In this document: positions 59,031-64,000 of the stretch, piece after piece
Layout of the letters: each line of letters starts with the position of its first letter
How positions within the stretch are numbered: position 1 is the stretch's first letter
Assembly: GCA_041484665.1 (NCBI GenBank)
Contig: JBGPIA010000002.1
Coordinates: forward strand, 288,001-352,000
DNA: 64,000 bases
DNA from: Candidatus Krumholzibacteriia bacterium
GTDB lineage: Bacteria > Krumholzibacteriota > Krumholzibacteriia > JAJRXK01
Direction of reading: 5' to 3'
Program-made: the position numbers and the translations under genes
The notes under the pieces: model-generated
Told to the model about the DNA's origin: nothing
Seen by the model: only the letters and a program-made list of their open reading frames with translations
The model's database searches: none

Positions 59031-60273
59031 AGCGGAGCACCTCCACGGGCGTGAACCTGGAGGCAAGCCAACTGGGCAAGAGTGTTGCCAGAAACGACAT
59101 TCCGAGCGTCACACTGGCCACCAGGCTGAAGTCACCGAGCTTCATGTGAACCGGCAGGGTGTTCACGAAATAGACGTCGCCGGGCAGGGGCAGGCCCACG
59201 GCGTCCAGGATTCTGCAAATGCAATAGCCAAACGCGGTTCCAGTCACGACCCCACCCAGACCCAACAGCATCCCCAGCTGCACGAAGATCCCGACCAGGC
59301 GCGCTTTCGACACCCCGATCGACATAAGAATTCCGATATCCCGCTGCCGGTCGCGAACCATCATGGTCAGGATCGCGACTACGGAGAAGGAGGCCACCAA
59401 TGTGATGAGCGAGAGCAGCAGGAACATCATGGTCTTCTCCATGCGGATCCAGTCGAAGAGCTGACTGTTCATGCTGATCCAGTTGTTGGTGAAGTACGGC
59501 GGGGCGCCCAGGGAGTCCTCGATGGCCGTCCCCACCTCGGCCGCCCGCATCATCTCGCGGACGCGAGCCCCGATCCCGTCGGCGCCCCCGGGCATCTGGA
59601 AGAGGTTCTGCGCCGCCGCCAGGTCGATGTAGCCGAAGGCGCTATCGAAATCGTACATCCCGCTGGAGAGCAGTCCGACGACCTGGAACTCCCGCGACTC
59701 GCTCTTGAACTGCCCCAGGCCCCCGCTGCCCCGCGCCACCGTGACCGTGACCACGTCCCCCAGGCCGCCGCGCAGCCCCTCGGCCAGGGCCTGACCCAGC
59801 ACGATCCCGGGGGTCCCCGCGGGCGCCCCCACCAGCCCCTCGGTGGAGAATCCGTGGAAGGGCGGGTCGATGCTCTTGCTCAGGGGCGTGACCTGCTCCT
59901 GCCGCTGCGGGTCGATGCCCCACAGGATGATCCCGCGGTGGCGGGGCTGGCCTGGGAGACGCTCGAGGGTGACCACCCCTTCTTTGCGCAGAAACGGCGA
60001 GGCGGCGAGCACGCCGGGAACGCGCAGCGTCCGCGCGACGACCTGGTCGAGATCCTTGAATCCGGAGTACGGCGCGATCACCGTCACCATGGGCATGTTC
60101 TCGACGAACTTGAGCTGGATCTGGTCGCGGAAGCCGTTCATCACCGCCAGCGTCACGTTGAGCACCATCACGCCGATGGTGATGCTGAGCACTGCGATGA
60201 TGGTGATCAGCGAGACGAAGCGGGAGCGGCGGCTGCGCAGGAAGCGGAGAGCGACGGTACTGGTGAAGCCCAT
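59023..60273 (-). CDS. lolE: Lipoprotein-releasing ABC transporter permease LolC/E
   Basis: LAVMNGF, large periplasmic MacB-like domain, IGIL...G and P.EVLRYE C-terminus. Confidence 0.9.
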   Translation of the reverse strand: MGFTSTVALRFLRSRRSRFVSLITIIAVLSITIGVMVLNVTLAVMNGFRDQIQLKFVENMPMVTVIAPYSGFKDLDQVVARTLRVPGVLAASPFLRKEGVVTLERLPGQPRHRGIILWGIDPQRQEQVTPLSKSIDPPFHGFSTEGLVGAPAGTPGIVLGQALAEGLRGGLGDVVTVTVARGSGGLGQFKSESREFQVVGLLSSGMYDFDSAFGYIDLAAAQNLFQMPGGADGIGARVREMMRAAEVGTAIEDSLGAPPYFTNNWISMNSQLFDWIRMEKTMMFLLLSLITLVASFSVVAILTMMVRDRQRDIGILMSIGVSKARLVGIFVQLGMLLGLGGVVTGTAFGYCICRILDAVGLPLPGDVYFVNTLPVHMKLGDFSLVASVTLGMSFLATLLPSWLASRFTPVEVLRYE

Positions 60274-60341
60274 GACGTCAGCGGTTGCGACGACGGCGGG
60301 TGGGGCGCGGAACGCGCGAGCGCCGGGGCGCGGGCGCCCGG

Positions 60342-61826
60342 TCAGGCACCGCGCGGGCCGTCCCCCTCCGGCCGCAGCTGGGGGAACAGGAGCACGTCCC
60401 GGATCGACGGGGCCCCCGTGAAGAGCATGGCGATGCGGTCTACGCCCATGCCGAGCCCGCCGGTGGGCGGCATCCCGTACTCCAGAGCGCGCAGGTAGTC
60501 CTCATCGAGCTGTTGCGCCTCCTCGTCCCCTGCCGCGCGCAGGCGCTGCTGCTCCTCGAAGCGCGCCCGCTGATCGCGCGCATCGTTGAGCTCGCTGAAG
60601 GCATTGGCCACCTCGGTGGCAGCCACGAAAGCCTCGAACCGCTCCACTAGGGCCGGGTCATGGCGGTGCCGGCGCGCGAGGGGGCTGAGCTCGACGGGGT
60701 AGTCGCACACGAAGGTGGGCTGGATGAGGGCGGGCTGCACGGTGGTGCCGAACACCTCGTCGAGAATCTTGCCGCGCCCCATGCTCTTGTCGACGTGGAC
60801 GTCCAGGCGGCCAGCGGCTGCGGCGGCCGCGTCGCGGTCGAGCGTGCGGAAGTCGACGCCGGTGCGCTCGCCGATCAGGTCGAAGAAGCCTGCGCGGCGG
60901 AAGCCCCCGCCCAGCTCGATGGTGTGCCCGCCGTAGGACAGCCGGCCGGCGGGGGCGAAGCACGCCGCGAGCCGTGCGAACATCCGCGCCACCAGCCCCA
61001 TGACGTCCTCGTAGTCCCAGTACGCCGCGTAGCACTCCAGCATGGTGAACTCGGGGTTGTGGGTGCGGTCGATGCCCTCGTTGCGGAAGTCCTTCCCGAA
61101 TTCGAAGACGCGGTCGAAACCACCCACGATGAGCCGCTTGAGGTACAGCTCGTCGGCGATGCGCAGGTAGAGGGTCGCGCCCCCCAGCGCGTTGTGCGTC
61201 GTGGTGAACGGGCGCGCGGCGGCGCCGCCGTACAGCGGCTGCAGGATCGGCGTCTCGACCTCCAGGAAACCCTCGTCGATGAGCTGAGCGCGCATCTCCT
61301 GGACGACGCGCGTCCGCGCCACGAACAGATCGCGCACCGGCCGGTTCATGATCAGGTCGAGATAGCGCTGACGGTAGCGCACTTCCACGTCCTGCAAGCC
61401 GTGCCATTTCTCCGGCAGCGGCCGCAGGCACTTGGCCAGCGCGGTGAAGGCGGTCACGTCCAGGGTCAGCTCGCCGCTGCGCGTGACCATCAGCTTACCT
61501 TCGCACCCCAGGAGGTCGCCCACCTCCAGCAGCCCGAAGCGATCGTATCCCTGCTCCCCCACCTGGTCCTGCCGGACGTAGACCTGCAGCCGCCCGTCCT
61601 GGTCCTCCAGGTGGGCGAAGGCCGCGCGCCCGTGGCGCCGCAGCGCCATCACGCGCCCCGCGACGCGCAGCGTCGTTGCGGTCTCGAGCAGACGCGCAGC
61701 CTCGGCCACCGCCTCCGCCAGGCGGTGGGTCCGCTCGTACCGATACGGGAAGACCGCGGCACCCTGCGCCTCCAGCGCACGGAGCTTGCCGAGCCTCTCC
61801 TGGATCAGGCGGTGGGTCTCATCCAT
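60342..61826 (-). CDS. lysS: Lysine--tRNA ligase (class II)
   Basis: PLPEKWHGL, YRQRYLDL, FRNEG..HNPEFT and YGMPP.GG.G.G.DR motifs. Confidence 0.97.
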   Translation of the reverse strand: MDETHRLIQERLGKLRALEAQGAAVFPYRYERTHRLAEAVAEAARLLETATTLRVAGRVMALRRHGRAAFAHLEDQDGRLQVYVRQDQVGEQGYDRFGLLEVGDLLGCEGKLMVTRSGELTLDVTAFTALAKCLRPLPEKWHGLQDVEVRYRQRYLDLIMNRPVRDLFVARTRVVQEMRAQLIDEGFLEVETPILQPLYGGAAARPFTTTHNALGGATLYLRIADELYLKRLIVGGFDRVFEFGKDFRNEGIDRTHNPEFTMLECYAAYWDYEDVMGLVARMFARLAACFAPAGRLSYGGHTIELGGGFRRAGFFDLIGERTGVDFRTLDRDAAAAAAGRLDVHVDKSMGRGKILDEVFGTTVQPALIQPTFVCDYPVELSPLARRHRHDPALVERFEAFVAATEVANAFSELNDARDQRARFEEQQRLRAAGDEEAQQLDEDYLRALEYGMPPTGGLGMGVDRIAMLFTGAPSIRDVLLFPQLRPEGDGPRGA

Positions 61827-61883
61827 GCGTGCATCAGCGGACGGCCGAAAGCCCGGACCTTGGGGACGTGACGATCGCGCCGC

Positions 61884-61913
61884 ACACTATCGGCCGCCGC
61901 GCCGCGGTGTCAA
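61884..61913 (-). promoter_or_regulatory. sigma70-type promoter for lysS
   Basis: Minus strand TTGACA-N18-TAGTGT. Confidence 0.5.
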
Positions 61914-63020
61914 GCGGCGCGCCCGGCCATGCGCAGGTACGCCACGATGAACTCGTGCAGTCCGCCGTCCAACACGCGCTGGACATCGCCAGCCTCTAGC
62001 TCGGTGCGGTGGTCCTTCACCTTGGTATAGGGCTGCAGTACGTAGCTACGGATCTGGCTGCCGAAGTCGATGCGCAACTTGGACTGCTCCAGCACCGCGT
62101 GCTTGGCCCGCTCCTCCTCCATCCTGCGGTGGTACAGCTTGGCGTGGAGCACGCGCATGGCCAGCTCGCGGTTGCGGTGCTGGCTGCGCTCGTTCTGGCA
62201 CTGCACCACGATGCCGGTCGGGATGTGCGTCATGCGCACGGCGCTGCTGGTCTTGTTCACGTGCTGTCCGCCGGCCCCGCTGGCCCGGAACGTGTCGACG
62301 CGCAGGTCGCTGTCGGCGATCTGGATGTCGAAGTCCTGGTCTTCCACCAGCGGGTAGACGAACACCGAGGCGAAGCTGGTGTGGCGGCGGTGCTGGGCGT
62401 CGAACGGGCTGATGCGCACCAGGCGGTGTACGCCGCTCTCGCCCTTCAGGTAGCCGTAGGCGTAAGGCTCGCCGATCTCGAGGGTAGCGCTCTTGATGCC
62501 CGCCTCCTCACCCGGCTGGACGTCCAGGCCCTCGTGCTTCCACTCTTGCGCCTCGCAGTAACGTGTGTACATGCGCAGGAGCATCTGCGCCCAGTCCTGG
62601 CTCTCGGTGCCTCCGGCGCCGGGGTGAATCTCCAGCATGGCGCCCTTCTCGTCGTCGGGCGCGCCCAGCATGAAATTGGTCTCGAGGTGTGCGAGCGTCC
62701 GGCCGGCGCGCGCGAGGGCGGCCTGCGCCTCCGCCGCTGCCTCCGCGGCGCCATCCTGCGCCGCCATTTCCGCGAACAGCTGGGCCTCCTCGACCTGCGT
62801 GGCGAGCTCGGCCAGCGGAACAGTCCAGCGCTTGACCTGGTTGGCCTGTGCGATGACCTGGCGCGCCGCTTGCGGATCGCCCCAGAAGTCGGGGGCGGCC
62901 ATCAGCCGCTCGAAACGCTCCCGCTCCACCTGCAGGCGAGCGAGGTCAAAGCCCCTCCTTCAGGTGCTCGGCCCGGCGCACCAGCTCGTCCAGATCCAGG
63001 ATCTCCTCGCCGTCGCTCAC
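61910..63020 (-). CDS. prfB: Peptide chain release factor 2 (programmed +1 frameshift)
   Basis: SPF and GGQ motifs. A 24-codon first frame from GTG 63020 ends at AGGAGGGG-CTT-TGA-C (62945-62959), then continues in the +1 frame. Confidence 0.95.
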
Positions 63021-63715
63021 GCCGGGTCCCTCCTGCGGTCGGGGTGCACATCGTCGTCCTGGCGGCCCGCCCACGGCGGGTCGCTGGCGGCCAGCTGCAG
63101 ACCCAGCAGCCGGTCCACCTCCTGCAGCAGCAGAGCGCGCACCTGGGCGCGCGGCCGGTCGGTCTCGATCACGGCGTCCGCCCGCGCCAAGCTGGCCTTG
63201 ACCGCCAGGGTGCGGTCGACCCGCTGCCGTGCCTCTTCGGGGGAGAGCCCGTCACGCGCCACGATGCGCCGCACCTGTTCGGTCTTTGGCGCGTCGGTCA
63301 TCAGGACCGCGTCGCATGGCAGCGGCGGATCGAATTGGAAGTGCAGCGCCGCGTCCACCACGATCAGCTCGGCGGCGCGGCTCTCGCGCAGGCGCTCGAT
63401 GCGCCGGCGGATCTCGGCCAGCAGGGGAGGGTGCACGATCGAGCCCAGCTCTGCTAAGGCCTGCGGGTCGGCGAAGACGTGGGCGCCGAGCCGGCGCCGG
63501 TCGACGGCGCCACGCTCGTCGCGCACACCCTGCCCGAAGCGCTCGCCCAGAGCCTGCGCAACATCGGGTCGCAGCAGCAGCTCGTGCCCGACGCGGTCGG
63601 CTTCGATCACGAAGGCGCCACGCTGGGCGAGCCACGCGCAGACGGTGCTCTTGCCCGTGCCGATCGCCCCCGCCACCACCAGCACGCGAGCCTGCGGTCC
63701 CCCCCGCGGGCTCAC
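63017..63715 (-). CDS. coaE: Dephospho-CoA kinase
   Basis: GAIGTGKST, I.AD...H, VDRRRLG..VF and IVHP motifs. Confidence 0.92.
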   Translation of the reverse strand: MSPRGGPQARVLVVAGAIGTGKSTVCAWLAQRGAFVIEADRVGHELLLRPDVAQALGERFGQGVRDERGAVDRRRLGAHVFADPQALAELGSIVHPPLLAEIRRRIERLRESRAAELIVVDAALHFQFDPPLPCDAVLMTDAPKTEQVRRIVARDGLSPEEARQRVDRTLAVKASLARADAVIETDRPRAQVRALLLQEVDRLLGLQLAASDPPWAGRQDDDVHPDRRRDPA

Positions 63716-64000
63716 GCGTGCGCCTCCGCCCAGTTGCGCCCAAAGGAGGTCTCCACCAGGAGCGGCACCGACAACGCGAACACTCCTTCCATCTCCTCCT
63801 TCACCGCTCGCGCGACGCGCTCGCGCTGACCAGCTTCGACCTCGACGATAAGCTCGTCGTGCACTTGCAGCAACAGATGGGCCGCCAGCCCCTCGCGGGC
63901 GATGCGCGCGTCCAGACGGATCATGGCCGCCTTGATCAGGTCGGCGGCCGAGCCCTGGATGGGCGTGTTCACCGCCATGCGCTCGCCGAGGGCCACCTGC
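63712..64000 (-). CDS. polA: DNA polymerase I, C-terminal fragment (runs off window)
   Basis: ERMAVNTPIQGSAADLIK, LLQVHDEL and L.VPL.V....G.NW..AH motifs. Confidence 0.95.
   Translation of the reverse strand, partial: QVALGERMAVNTPIQGSAADLIKAAMIRLDARIAREGLAAHLLLQVHDELIVEVEAGQRERVARAVKEEMEGVFALSVPLLVETSFGRNWAEAHA

Noticed and set aside
59040..59460. Locally lower GC at the 3' end of lolE
   Set aside because: It encodes hydrophobic TM helices in an intact housekeeping gene, with no sign of an insertion.

Overview
Very GC-rich bacterial core-genome window, densely coding and almost entirely on the minus strand. In transcription order (right to left) it holds: the polA 3' end, coaE, prfB (programmed +1 frameshift), lysS, lolE/lolD, mcsA-mcsB-clpC (mcsB split by a 1-nt frameshift), bamA-skp-lpxD-lpxC/fabZ fusion-lpxA-lpxB-DUF374-lpxK, a lone plus-strand lipoprotein behind a consensus sigma54 promoter, nadB-MEMO-methyltransferase-bshC-bshB1-bshA (a bacillithiol, possibly N-methyl-bacillithiol, operon), a Minf_1886-like protein, mobA, an Omp85/DUF4390/NtrY/NtrX-like module with a downstream lipoprotein+OMP pair, moaC, tolQRAB-pal-cpoB, a cupin, an S8 protease and lexA. 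Next comes an unexplained ~300-nt near-palindromic foldback, then DUF72 (plus strand), hsp20-lon, a 16-bp tandem array, and an LPS core cluster (msbA, four GT9s, gmhB, rfaE2, GT4, GT2, DUF3108) ending in an FAD oxidoreductase/aldo-keto reductase pair. The LpxC-FabZ fusion, the PNPFNP/FlgD C-terminal domain and the gene order suggest an FCB-related diderm lineage such as Eisenbacteria, Krumholzibacteriota, Latescibacterota or Gemmatimonadota (inference). No rRNA, tRNA, CRISPR array, transposase or phage genes were recognised. All product calls come from motif recognition by eye, not database searches.
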